From positions 585 to 64,584 of the forward strand of contig JAZONV010000088.1 in assembly GCA_045654685.1 (NCBI GenBank): 64,000 nt of DNA, read 5' to 3'. The notes under the pieces were generated by a model that ran no database searches, was not told the DNA's origin, and worked only from the letters and a program-made list of their open reading frames with translations. Positions 1 through 9,992 of this stretch are shown one piece after another (position 1 is the stretch's first letter; the number at the start of each line of letters is the position of its first letter). This stretch comes from Clostridia bacterium. Its GTDB lineage: Bacteria; Bacillota; Clostridia; UMGS1810. A program made the position numbers and the translations under genes.

Positions 1-788
1 TTATTCCTACATTCACAGTAACCTTCCAGGTTGGTGAGTTGGTTGTTGGTACAATTACTAAAGACGAAGGTGAATCTGTAGAAAAGACAGAATATCCTGC
101 AGTTGAACCTAAAGAAGGTCACACAATTGTTTGGGATAACGAAGGACCCATCACAGAAGATGCAACAGTATATGGTACTTATGTAGCAAACTCCTACACA
201 GTAACATACAAAGTTGATGGAGAAGTTGTTCATACAGAAACTGTAGAATATGGCGCAGCAATTCCTGCATATGAATATGAAGTAACTGACGGCTACACAT
301 TCTCAGGCTTCGGTGAAATCCCCGAAACAATGCCTGCTGAAGACCTCGTATTCGAAGGTACAACAGAAGAAATTCCTGCTACAATGTACACAGTAACATT
401 TATAGTTATGGGTGAAGAATATGATGCAATTGAAGTTGAAGAAGGCACAGCAATTGGTGACTTGATGCCTGCTGATCCTGAAGTTGCAACATACATCTTC
501 AATGGTTGGTTTGAAGCAACAGGTGCACCTGTAGATGCTGAAACAATCATCAATGGTGACATTGAAGTTACAGCTGACTTCACAAAAGATGCAAAAGACG
601 TTAACGGTGACGATGTAATAGATTCAAAAGACTCTATCTATCTCCTTAACCACTGTGCACTTCCCGAACTCTATCCTATCGATGAAACACTTGACTTTGA
701 CTTTGACAAAGACGGCGTTGTATCATCTAAGGATGCTGTATTCCACTTCCTCGCTCTTGCACTTTCTGAAATTTATTCTATCAGATAA
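1..788 (+). CDS. 3' part of a secreted surface protein: Listeria-Bacteroides (Flg_new-type) repeats ending in a dockerin-like module; 5' end lies outside the window
   Basis: Frame is open from base 3 to the stop at 786-788. Repeats such as YTVTYKVDGEVVHTETVEYGAAIP..GYTFSGF and YTVTFIVMGEEYD..FNGWF. C-terminus has two calcium-loop-like segments (DVNGDDVIDSKDSIYLL / DFDKDGVVSSKDAVFHF) as in dockerins. Confidence 0.7.
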   Translation, partial: IPTFTVTFQVGELVVGTITKDEGESVEKTEYPAVEPKEGHTIVWDNEGPITEDATVYGTYVANSYTVTYKVDGEVVHTETVEYGAAIPAYEYEVTDGYTFSGFGEIPETMPAEDLVFEGTTEEIPATMYTVTFIVMGEEYDAIEVEEGTAIGDLMPADPEVATYIFNGWFEATGAPVDAETIINGDIEVTADFTKDAKDVNGDDVIDSKDSIYLLNHCALPELYPIDETLDFDFDKDGVVSSKDAVFHFLALALSEIYSIR

Positions 789-870
789 GATAGTGTGTTG
801 ATCTATTGAGATTGGATCAGATACTTAAAACACATTAGCCTTTACAAGCGCAATGAAAGGGAAATGATTT

Positions 871-3800
871 ATGAAAAAAATATTGTCAATAATGCTGACA
901 GTATTAATGTGTTTTAGTTCAATGTTTGGTTCAGTTGTGTATGTTGCTGCAGATTCTGCGGCAACATACACTTTCTCAAATATTGAAGCTAAAGCAGGTG
1001 ATACAGTAGAAGTACTTGTCACATATACTTCGGCACAAGAAGCAAACTTAACCGCATTGGCTGAAATTACACTTTCAAGCGCTGATGCGGAAATTGTTGG
1101 TTTTACTTATTCAGACGAAGTTGAAGGATTGATCAACACCGGATTGTCAAATTACGATCCCAAAACAAAATCCTTAATCACTCTGTTTAATGAAGCTATG
1201 ATTTATGACGGTGTTTTAGGAACACTTGAAATAAAAATAGGTGATGAAGCTTCTTTGGGTGACATTACAATTTCTGCATCTTCTGTTGTTGTTAATGAAA
1301 ACACAGAAACAGAAATTCTCTCATCCGTAACAAACGGCACAATCACAATTGATGATGGTACAGAACCTGCAGAAAAGGCAGTATATACCATCGGAACAGC
1401 AGAGGCAAATCCCGGTCAGACAGTAATTGTAGACCTGAGATACACCTCCGGCGGAAATGCGAACCTCAGCGCAATTGCAGAGTTTGAACTTTCAAATAAC
1501 GATGCAGAAATTGTAGGTTTCACATTCTCCGATGAAGCAAAAGCAGTTATTAGCCAGTTGTCAAACTATGATCCCGAAACAAAATCGGTAATCACATTGT
1601 TTGACGATGATGCAAGAGCATTTGACGGTGTTCTTGGTACACTCCAGATCAGAGTGAACAACGATGCTCCCGAAGGTGACATCACAATCACAGCAACATC
1701 AAGAGTTCAGAACGAAGGTGTTGGCGTTGTGGAATCAGAAGTTGTAGACGGTAAAATTACAGTTGTTAATTCCGTTGAACCTCCCATGCCACCATACTTC
1801 ACAATCGGTGATGCTCAGGCAGATGCTGGTGATGTTGTACAGGTTGAAGTAAACTTCACATCAAGTGTTGATGTTAACCTTGTTGCACTTGCTCAACTTA
1901 ATGTTGGCGACAAAGCAGAAATCATCGAATTTGAATTTGATGATGATTTCAAATCATATATCAACGTAGGGCTTTCAAACTATGATGCTGAAACAAAATC
2001 TGTAATCATACTCTTTAAAGAGGCTATGGAATATGAAGGTATTATCGGAAGATTCACCATAAAAGTTGCAGATGGTGCATCAGGCAGTGACATTACAGTA
2101 ACTGCCGGATCAAGAGTTCAGAATGAAGAAGGAGAAGGAATTATTGATTCTATGGTTTATGCCGGAACAATCACAGTTTCCAATCCCGTTGTTCCTGAAA
2201 TTGAATCTATCGTAGTCGATGCTGATGCATTTGAAATTGCAGATGCTGACAAAGATAATGAAGAAATAATTATCGCTGCTGCAAAAGATGCAATCGAAAC
2301 AATAACAGTTAAGTGGACAGAAGGCAAAGAAGATACATTCATCACAACAGATGATGTTGACTTTGAAGTAGATACTCAAGCTAAAACAGTTACAGTATCA
2401 TACGGTCAGTTCACAGATGTTATTGAATACACAGTTGCACAGCCCATACCGGCTTCCTCTCTCACATTTGGTGATGCAGACGTGGATGCAGGTGAGATTG
2501 CAGAAGTTGATGTAATTCTCAATATAACAGAGAATGCAAATCTTATTGGTATAGGTGACATTTCATTCTCAAGCCAATACGCTGAAATTGAAGATTTTGT
2601 TTTCTCCGATGAAGTGGATGGACTTATTAATGATCGTCTTTCAACCTATGACCCCGAATTGCGTTCGATTGGTGTGTTGTTTACAGACCTTATGAAATTC
2701 AATGGCATACTCGGTACATTGAAAGTTAAAATTTCTGAAGATGCTCCTTCCGGAGATATCACAGTTACTGCAAGAATTTTCAATGTTAAAGACGATGAAG
2801 CGCATGTGGTTTTTGAATCTGAAATTATAAATGGTACAATTTCCGTTACAGAAATTGAGCCTCCACCGGTTATGATGCATACTGTTTCATTCTATGTTGA
2901 CAATGAAATATATGATGAAATAGATGTTGAAGAAGGAACAAAGATTGGCGATAAGATGCCTGCAGATCCTGAAAAAGAAGGATTTGAATTTGTTAAGTGG
3001 GATGTAGTTTCAGGTGAGGCTGTAACAGCTGAAACTGTTGTATATTACAGTTTCTCCACACAAGCAGTATTTGAAGCAAAAGAATACACCGTTATCTACT
3101 ATGTAGATGGCGTTGAAGTTAACAAAGCAACAGTTAAATATGGTGAAGCAATTCCTGAATTTGACTATGTTGCACCTGAAGGCTATGAATTCTCAGGTTG
3201 GGATGCAGAAGTTCCTGCAACAATGCCTGCAGAAAACCTTGACTTTAACGGAACACTTACCGCAAAAGAATACACAGTTATCTACTATGTAGATGGCGTT
3301 GAAGTTAACAAAGCAACAGTTAAATATGGTGAAGCAATTCCTGAATTTGACTATGTTGCACCTGAAGGCTATGAGTTCTCAGGCTGGGATGCAGAAGTAC
3401 CTGCAACAATGCCTGCAGAAGATCTTGATTTCAACGGAACACTTACTGCAAAAGAATATACCGTAACATACTATGTAGACGGTGTAGAAGTTAACAAAGC
3501 AACAGTTAAATACGGAGAAGCAATTCCCGCATATAACTATGAAGTTCCCGAAGGTTATGATTTCTCAGGTTGGGATGCAGAAGTACCTGCAACAATGCCT
3601 GCAGAAAACCTTGAGTTTAACGGAACACTTACCGCAAAAGAATACACAGTAACCTACTATGTAGATGGAGATATCTATGATGAAATAAGTGTTACAGATG
3701 GTGAAATGATTGGAGATCAGATGCCCGAAGTTCCTTTAAAAGAAGGTTGGCTTTTCACAGGTTGGGTAGATGAAAATGGCGAAAAAGTTACAGCTGATAC

Positions 3801-4038
3801 TGTTGTTGAAGCTGAAATGACTTTGACAGCAACCTTCATATCTTTGGATGTTAATAGTGACGGAGTTGTAGATTCACAGGATTCAATCTATTTGCTTAAT
3901 CATTGTGTACTTCCCCGTCTCTACCCTGTAGATGAAGAACTTGATCTTGACTACAACGGTGACGGCAAAGTTAATTCCGGTGATGCCATTTTCCATCTGG
4001 CAACGATTGCACTTCCTGCAATCTATTCCCTCAGATAA
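871..4038 (+). CDS. Scaffoldin-like surface protein: signal peptide, four cohesin-like modules, an X module, Flg_new-type repeats, C-terminal dockerin-like module
   Basis: RBS-like GAAAGGGAAA upstream and a hydrophobic signal peptide (MKKILSIMLTVLMCFSS). Four modules of about 135 aa begin ..AGDTVEV.V.. and end ..G(T/K)ITV, with an internal LSNYDP.TKS.I.LF motif. Repeats EYTV.YYVDGVEVNKATVKYGEAIP..GYEFSGWD follow. C-terminal DVNSDGVVDSQDSIYLL / DYNGDGKVNSGDAIFHL. Confidence 0.7.
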   Translation: MKKILSIMLTVLMCFSSMFGSVVYVAADSAATYTFSNIEAKAGDTVEVLVTYTSAQEANLTALAEITLSSADAEIVGFTYSDEVEGLINTGLSNYDPKTKSLITLFNEAMIYDGVLGTLEIKIGDEASLGDITISASSVVVNENTETEILSSVTNGTITIDDGTEPAEKAVYTIGTAEANPGQTVIVDLRYTSGGNANLSAIAEFELSNNDAEIVGFTFSDEAKAVISQLSNYDPETKSVITLFDDDARAFDGVLGTLQIRVNNDAPEGDITITATSRVQNEGVGVVESEVVDGKITVVNSVEPPMPPYFTIGDAQADAGDVVQVEVNFTSSVDVNLVALAQLNVGDKAEIIEFEFDDDFKSYINVGLSNYDAETKSVIILFKEAMEYEGIIGRFTIKVADGASGSDITVTAGSRVQNEEGEGIIDSMVYAGTITVSNPVVPEIESIVVDADAFEIADADKDNEEIIIAAAKDAIETITVKWTEGKEDTFITTDDVDFEVDTQAKTVTVSYGQFTDVIEYTVAQPIPASSLTFGDADVDAGEIAEVDVILNITENANLIGIGDISFSSQYAEIEDFVFSDEVDGLINDRLSTYDPELRSIGVLFTDLMKFNGILGTLKVKISEDAPSGDITVTARIFNVKDDEAHVVFESEIINGTISVTEIEPPPVMMHTVSFYVDNEIYDEIDVEEGTKIGDKMPADPEKEGFEFVKWDVVSGEAVTAETVVYYSFSTQAVFEAKEYTVIYYVDGVEVNKATVKYGEAIPEFDYVAPEGYEFSGWDAEVPATMPAENLDFNGTLTAKEYTVIYYVDGVEVNKATVKYGEAIPEFDYVAPEGYEFSGWDAEVPATMPAEDLDFNGTLTAKEYTVTYYVDGVEVNKATVKYGEAIPAYNYEVPEGYDFSGWDAEVPATMPAENLEFNGTLTAKEYTVTYYVDGDIYDEISVTDGEMIGDQMPEVPLKEGWLFTGWVDENGEKVTADTVVEAEMTLTATFISLDVNSDGVVDSQDSIYLLNHCVLPRLYPVDEELDLDYNGDGKVNSGDAIFHLATIALPAIYSLR
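3079..3636 (+). repeat. Three tandem near-identical 186-bp (62-codon) in-frame repeats encoding Flg_new-type modules
   Basis: Units start at 3079, 3265 and 3451 (KEYTV(I/T)YYVDGVEVNKATVKYGEAIP...). A fourth, diverged unit begins at 3637. Confidence 0.9.
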
Positions 4039-4119
4039 GGACATGGTGTTAATTCCGTAATTGAATTAATCACTAAAAGAACACATTAACCTTGTAACAT
4101 TAATGAAAGGGATAAAACT

Positions 4120-7100
4120 ATGAAAAGAATATTGTCAATAATGCTGACGGTATTAATGTGTTTTAGTTCGATTTTTGGTTCAGTAATGTATGTTGCTGCA
4201 GATGGTGCAGCAACATACACTTTCTCAAATGTTGATGCTAATGCAGGTGATACGGTAGAAATACCTGTCACATATACTTCAGCACAAGCAGCTAATCTCA
4301 CCGCATTGGCTGAAATTACACTTTCAAGTGCTGATGCTGAAATTATAGGTTTTACCTATGCTGAAGACGTAGAAGAAGTGATTAATGTAGGATTGTCAAA
4401 CTACGATCCAAGAACAAAATCCATAATCACATTATTTAATGAGTCTCAGGCTTTTAATGGCGTTTTAGGAACACTTGAAGTGAAAATCAGCGATAATGCA
4501 CAGGACGGAGAAATTGTAATTTCTGCATCCGCAGTTGCTATCAACGAAGATGCAGAAGAAAACTTACAAACATCCGTAGTAGACGGAACAATCACAGTAG
4601 GTGACGGAAGTGCATCTTCTGAAATCGCTGTATATACAATCGGAAATGCAGAAGCAAATCCCGGTCAGACAGTAACTGTTGACTTAAGATATACTTCCGC
4701 AGGTGATGCAAACCTCAGCGCAATCGCACAGTTTGAACTTTCAAATGGCGATGCTGAAATTGTTGGTTTCACATTCTCCGATGAAGCAAAAGCAGTTATT
4801 AGCCAGTTGTCAAACTATGATCCCGAAACAAAATCGGTAATCACATTATTTGACGATGATGCAAGAGCTTTTGACGGCGTTCTTGGTACACTTCAGATTA
4901 AAGTGAGCGAAGAAGCTTCCGAGGGCGACATCACAATCACAGCAACATCAAGAGTTCAGAACGAAGGTGTTGGCGATGTGGAATCAGAAGTTGTAGACGG
5001 TAAAATTACTGTTGTAGTTCCGCCTGCACCCGTTACTGCTCCCACATTTGAATTTGGTGATGCACAGGCAAAACAGGGTGAAACTGTTGAAGTTGAGTTG
5101 ACATTCGACACAGCTGAAGAAGTTAACCTTATTGCTCTTGCACAGATCAACGTTGGTGACAAAGCTGAAATTACAGGCTTTGAATTTGATGAAGATTTCG
5201 AACAGTATATTAATGCTGATCTTTCAAACTACGATTCTGCAACAAAATCATTGATTATTCTCTTTAAAGAAGCAATGGTATTTGAAGGATCTGTAGGTAA
5301 ATTTACAGTTAAAATTGCAGACGATGCACCTGTTGGTGAACTCGTTATTACAGCATCTTCAAGAGTTCAGAATGAAGATGGCGAAGGCGTAATTGATTCT
5401 GAAGTTGAGTCCGGAACAATCACAGTTTCTGAAAAAGAACCTGCTCCTGTTCCCGAAATCGAATCTATCGTAGTTGATGCAGAAGCATTTGAAATTGCAG
5501 ACGCTGACAAAGATAATGAAGAAGCAATTATCGCTGCTGCAAAAGATGCAATTGAAACAATCACAGTTAAGTGGACAGAAGGCAAAGAAGATACATTCAT
5601 CACAACAGATGATGTTGACTTTGATGTAGATACTCAGGCTAAAACAGTTACAGTATCATATGGTGACTTCACAGATGTAATCGAATACACAGTTGCAGAC
5701 CCCATAATCCTTATTTCCACAGTAACATTTGGTGATGATGATGTTGTTGCCGGTGAAATTGCAGAAGTTGATGTAATTCTCAACATAACAGAGAATGCAA
5801 ACCTCATTGGTATCGGTAACATTTCATTCTCAAGCGATGATGCTGAAATTGAAGAATTTGTATTCTCCGATGAAGCAAAAGCAGTTATTAATGATCGTCT
5901 TTCAACCTATGAACCCGAACAGCAGTCCATTGTTGCATTGTTTGAAAATGCAATGACATTTAATGGCGTTCTCGGTACATTGAAAGTTAAAGTAGATGCT
6001 GATGCTCCTGAAGGAGATATTACAGTTAATGCAAGAATCTTCAATGTTAAAAACGAAGATAATCGTGAAACATTAGACTCTGAAATCGTACCGGGTACAA
6101 TTTCAGTTTCTGAAAATCAGCTTCCCCCTGCTCCTACAATGTATGTAGTAACATTTGTTGTAGACGGAGTGGAAACAACAATCGAAGTTGAAGAAGGCAC
6201 AGCAATCGGTGATCAGATGCCCGAAGATCCTGAAAAAGAAGGCTATGAATTCACAGGATGGACAGATGAAGACGGTGAAGCTGTAGATGCTGATACAATC
6301 GTTAATGGCGATATGACAGTAACTGCAAACTTTGATGAAATTGTTGTTGCACCTACAATGTATGTGGTAACATTTGTTGTAGATGGCGAAGAAACAACAA
6401 TCGAAGTTGAAGAAGGCACAGCAATCGGTGCTCAGATGCCCGAAGATCCTGAAAAAGAAGGCTATGAATTCACAGGATGGACAGATGAAGACGGCGAAGC
6501 TGTAGATGCTGAAACAATCGTTAATGGCGATATGACAGTAACTGCAAACTTTGAAGAAATTCCTGTTGTCTTTATTGGTATTGAAGTTGTAGATGAAGAC
6601 GGCGAAGCCGTAATAGGAATTGAAATTCCATACGGCACAGCACTTGAAGACATCGAAGATGTAATCAGAGCTGTAATCGTTGTTAATGCTCTCTATGATA
6701 ATGATACAAAAGAAGAAGTTGCAGACTATGAAGTTTCTGCAATTGATGAAAAAGGCGATACAGTAGTTGTAATTTCATATGAAGGCGAAGAAGTAGAAAT
6801 CGCTGTTACATTTGAAACAGACGATGCATACATCTACGTTGATGATGATTCAATTATTGTTCCCTATGCTAAACACAATGGCAAAACAGCAGAAGATATC
6901 GCTGAATACGTGGCAGGTAAAGTTGAAGTCACATATGTAGATATATATGGTGATGAATATGTTGTTGAAGAAGGTTATACAGTAGTTTATGACGGTGAAA
7001 TTGCACCTGAAGAAACAGGCGTTGCAACAATCACTTATGAAGGTCTTGAAGTAACTGTTGATGTAACTCTCAACAAAAAATCATCCGGTGGTGGCGGATC

Positions 7101-7800
7101 ACTTCCTTCCGGTACAGTAATCGGTTCCGGCGGAAATGTTCCTGCAACTCCAAGCAAACCTGTAGATCCTGAACCGGTAGATCCTGAACCTGTTGATCCC
7201 GAACCTGTTGATCCCGAACCGATAGATCCTATTGGTCCTTCAACATCAGAACTTCCATATTCTGATATTACTAAAGATGATTGGGCTTATGAAGCAATCA
7301 AAGATCTTTATAATAAAGGTATTGTAAATGGTGAACCTGACAATAAGATTAAACTTGACGTTGGTATCACAAGACAGGAAGTTGCAAAAGTTGTTCTTCT
7401 TGGTAGAGGATTTGAAGCAGATGAATCTCTTGAACTCAATATTGCTGATCCTGAAACTGTAGCAGAATGGGCTGAAAGCTATGTTGCAACAGCAATGGCA
7501 AAAGCAATTATCAAGGGTTATGAAGATGGTTCCGTTAAAGGTACAAAAATCGTAACAAGAGCAGAACTTGCAGCTATCATTGTAAGATCTCTCGGTGCTA
7601 CATCTGAATTTAATGGTTCAAGCTTCACAGACGTAACTGCTGATGATTGGTTCGCTGCAGAAGTTGAATGTGCTAAGAGTCTTGGCATTATCAACGGATA
7701 CGAAGACGGATCATTCAGAGGAAATCAGGAAGTAACAAGAAGAGAAGCATTCGTAATGGTTCAGAGAATGATGAAACTTGTTGAAGCTCTCGAAAAATAA
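4120..7800 (+). CDS. Anchoring scaffoldin-like protein: signal peptide, four cohesin-like modules, X module, Flg_new-type repeats, Ig-like region, Gly and PVDPE linkers, three C-terminal SLH repeats
   Basis: Same module grammar as 871..4038. C-terminal SLH-type segments: YSDITKDDWAYEAIKDLYNKGIVNG.., IADPETVAEWAESYVATAMAKAIIKGYEDGS.., FTDVTADDWFAAEVECAKSLGIINGYEDGSFRG..TRREA. Confidence 0.75.
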   Translation: MKRILSIMLTVLMCFSSIFGSVMYVAADGAATYTFSNVDANAGDTVEIPVTYTSAQAANLTALAEITLSSADAEIIGFTYAEDVEEVINVGLSNYDPRTKSIITLFNESQAFNGVLGTLEVKISDNAQDGEIVISASAVAINEDAEENLQTSVVDGTITVGDGSASSEIAVYTIGNAEANPGQTVTVDLRYTSAGDANLSAIAQFELSNGDAEIVGFTFSDEAKAVISQLSNYDPETKSVITLFDDDARAFDGVLGTLQIKVSEEASEGDITITATSRVQNEGVGDVESEVVDGKITVVVPPAPVTAPTFEFGDAQAKQGETVEVELTFDTAEEVNLIALAQINVGDKAEITGFEFDEDFEQYINADLSNYDSATKSLIILFKEAMVFEGSVGKFTVKIADDAPVGELVITASSRVQNEDGEGVIDSEVESGTITVSEKEPAPVPEIESIVVDAEAFEIADADKDNEEAIIAAAKDAIETITVKWTEGKEDTFITTDDVDFDVDTQAKTVTVSYGDFTDVIEYTVADPIILISTVTFGDDDVVAGEIAEVDVILNITENANLIGIGNISFSSDDAEIEEFVFSDEAKAVINDRLSTYEPEQQSIVALFENAMTFNGVLGTLKVKVDADAPEGDITVNARIFNVKNEDNRETLDSEIVPGTISVSENQLPPAPTMYVVTFVVDGVETTIEVEEGTAIGDQMPEDPEKEGYEFTGWTDEDGEAVDADTIVNGDMTVTANFDEIVVAPTMYVVTFVVDGEETTIEVEEGTAIGAQMPEDPEKEGYEFTGWTDEDGEAVDAETIVNGDMTVTANFEEIPVVFIGIEVVDEDGEAVIGIEIPYGTALEDIEDVIRAVIVVNALYDNDTKEEVADYEVSAIDEKGDTVVVISYEGEEVEIAVTFETDDAYIYVDDDSIIVPYAKHNGKTAEDIAEYVAGKVEVTYVDIYGDEYVVEEGYTVVYDGEIAPEETGVATITYEGLEVTVDVTLNKKSSGGGGSLPSGTVIGSGGNVPATPSKPVDPEPVDPEPVDPEPVDPEPIDPIGPSTSELPYSDITKDDWAYEAIKDLYNKGIVNGEPDNKIKLDVGITRQEVAKVVLLGRGFEADESLELNIADPETVAEWAESYVATAMAKAIIKGYEDGSVKGTKIVTRAELAAIIVRSLGATSEFNGSSFTDVTADDWFAAEVECAKSLGIINGYEDGSFRGNQEVTRREAFVMVQRMMKLVEALEK
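6133..6570 (+). repeat. Two tandem 219-bp in-frame repeats (73-aa Flg_new-type module)
   Basis: PTMYVVTFVVDG(V/E)ETTIEVEEGTAIG.QMPEDPEKEGYEFTGWTDEDGEAVDA.TIVNGDMTVTANF occurs twice, starting at 6133 and 6352. Confidence 0.9.
7159..7230 (+). repeat. 15-nt tandem repeat encoding a (PVDPE)n linker
   Basis: cctgtagatcctgaa / ccggtagatcctgaa / cctgttgatcccgaa x2 / ccgatagatcct, read directly. Confidence 0.9.
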
Positions 7801-7847
7801 TACAGTAGTTTGTAATCCTTTTGGATAACAATTATGCATAATAATTA

Positions 7848-7887
7848 CAGCGTGTTAAACGATTTGTTTAACACGCTGTTTTTTTTT
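7848..7887 (+). terminator. Intrinsic terminator after the SLH scaffoldin gene
   Basis: 13-bp stem cagcgtgttaaac / gtttaacacgctg followed by a run of nine T. Confidence 0.85.
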
Positions 7888-8556
7888 GCCTTTCGGGCGT
7901 TTTTAGAGCGCATTGTGTTTGTGGGTTGAATTTATGCACCAAAGAATAATTATTCTGTTTACGGGCAAAATTTTTGCCTGCAGGCAATATTTAGCCTTGG
8001 TACAATTGAATAATTTGATTCTTATCTGACATTAAATTATGTGTAATGACATATAATTAATATATGAGCATTTTAATGGATTATAAAGAAAAAGCTTGGA
8101 CTTTTTTGTCCAAGCCTTCAGACTGTCGAAAAAGCCCGCATCGCAAAGTGCGGGCATAAAACTTTTGAGAAAAGTATATTCAAGATGTAAATAGTCATTA
8201 ATGAAACTTTTGTAAACATAGTTTCCAAAAGTTTTGATTTAAGGCACTTTGCTTGCTTCGTCAGAGCTCATTGCCGTACCCTCGTACTGTCTGCTTCGCT
8301 CTTCCTTGCCTGCGACCGTTTTCGAAAGTCTCCCAGCGTGTCGACTTTATCGACACGCTGAAAGCTTGGACTTTTTTGTCCAAGCTTCTCTGAATTATCT
8401 CTGAAAAAGTTGACGAATACGGGGGAATTGTTAGTGTTTTGAACAAAAAACACAGATTATTGCTGATAAATGATAGATTGCAAAAAAAATTATTGTTCAT
8501 CATTTTCCGAGTGTGTATAATTTTAGTTACTCACAAATTTTACAAATAAACAGGAG

Positions 8557-9342
8557 ATGATTATTTTGAAAAACAAAATCAGGGTATTAATAGCTGATGA
8601 TAACAAGGATTTTTGCAGAGAAATCAAGAACACATTTGCCACAAATGACAGAATTGAGGTGGTGGCTGTAGCCAATGATGGCAGGGAGGCATATGAACTT
8701 GTTCTGGAAACAAGACCTGATGTGCTTGTGACAGATATTATCATGCCATATATGGATGGTCTTGCACTTATCAGTAAAATCAATGACAACACAATACTTT
8801 CCAGAAAACCACAGTACATTGTATTTTCATCTATGGGATATGAAAATATAATAACAAAAGCCATGAATCTTGGTGCACGATATTTTTATGCAAAGCCTTT
8901 TGATGTAACAGACCTTATGGCACGAATTTTTGACATATTTTCATCAGAAACACCCCAAAAACGTTCAGGTGTGAAAAACGGTCCGGAGATGGATCTGGAA
9001 ACGAATATAACAATGTATATTCAGCAACTTGGTGTTCCGGCACACATAAAGGGTTATCAGTATATCAGAGATGCAATAACAATGGTTATAGAAGACATGG
9101 AAACAATCAATTCAATCACAAAACTTCTCTATCCCTCTGTTGCAAAACACTACAACACAACTCCCTCAAGAGTAGAACGGGCAATTCGCCATGCCATTGA
9201 GGTTGCATGGGACAGAGGAAATCCCGATGTTTTGAATGAGCTTTTCGGATATACAATTCTTGGAAGTAAGGGAAAACCAACAAACAGCGAATTTATTGCT
9301 CTGATTGCGGATAAGATAAGGCTGGAGATGAAAACAGCGTAG
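8557..9342 (+). CDS. spo0A: Sporulation master response regulator Spo0A
   Basis: Receiver domain (VLIADDN.., DIIMPYMDG) plus the Spo0A-specific C-terminal domain ([16 protein letters not shown].., [19 protein letters not shown].., [18 protein letters not shown]). The real start may be TTG at 8566, 9 nt after AGGAG at 8552-8556. Confidence 0.9.
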   Translation: MIILKNKIRVLIADDNKDFCREIKNTFATNDRIEVVAVANDGREAYELVLETRPDVLVTDIIMPYMDGLALISKINDNTILSRKPQYIVFSSMGYENIITKAMNLGARYFYAKPFDVTDLMARIFDIFSSETPQKRSGVKNGPEMDLETNITMYIQQLGVPAHIKGYQYIRDAITMVIEDMETINSITKLLYPSVAKHYNTTPSRVERAIRHAIEVAWDRGNPDVLNELFGYTILGSKGKPTNSEFIALIADKIRLEMKTA

Positions 9343-9992
9343 TTTTTTTATGAAAGGGGATTCCCCTTTCAAACCCCTTTTCGCTTGTTTCATATGTCGG
9401 CTTGATGAGAAAAAATTAAGGATGCTCATACGGCAGTGCTTCTTAGGGGAGAATTGGTTTTGGATAGATATTTTCCGTTGATAGTGCGCAAAAAAATGCA
9501 GACATACGCCAGTATGACTGCATTTTTTGTGTCTTCTCTAAACCGAAAAATATCTAACCCAAAACTGCCTCGCACTCAAAAATCTCGATTTTGAGTGCAG
9601 AACACGGAAAAAAGCTGAAGGAATCCTTGACGGATTTAGAAGCTTTTTGACACAGTTATGTGCCAAAATCGTGTTTTTTGAGCAATTTATCCCTAAGAAG
9701 CACTGCCGTAATGTCGCCTCCGGCTCCTGATTCGCTAATCCTTAATTTTTCCATCCTCAAGTTCACCCGCCATATGAAAAGGCGAATTTTTCGCACCACA
9801 ACTACGTACGAAATTTCCTGATATTTCGCACCAATAGATTCAAAAAATGTGAATGGGATATTTATCCGTAATTTTTGCGGAGGAAAACATCATTTGATCA
9901 AAAGGCAATATTGTAGGGGCGGATAATATCCGCCCGAAAAAGATTAATCTTTAATCTATATTTTCTGAAAGCATAATAATATCCTTTTGTTT
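9341..9992. repeat. Copy A of an approximately 340-bp duplicated segment, interrupted by a 317-bp insertion
   Basis: 9341-9399 and 9717-9992 align with 10702-11039 at roughly 95 percent identity by eye. The segment begins right after a stop codon with the hairpin gaaaggggattcccctttc and ends inside the 3' end of the SLOG gene. Confidence 0.85.
9400..9716. mobile_element. MITE-like foldback insertion with no coding capacity
   Basis: Present in copy A and absent at the same point of copy B (catatgtcg|cct...). Flanked by direct ATGTCG (9394-9399 and 9711-9716). 22-nt inverted repeats tacggcagtgcttcttagggga (9429-9450) / tccctaagaagcactgccgta (9690-9710). Interior is a chain of hairpins. Confidence 0.5.

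Noticed and set aside
8261-8864. Minus-strand ORFs of 80-113 aa upstream of and overlapping spo0A
   Set aside because: They have no RBS or motifs. One overlaps the spo0A receiver domain and the other lies in hairpin-repeat DNA.
9166-9429. ORFs overlapping the duplicated segment; also 10674..10865
   Set aside because: They run through terminator hairpins and repeat DNA. They differ between the two repeat copies and have no RBS.
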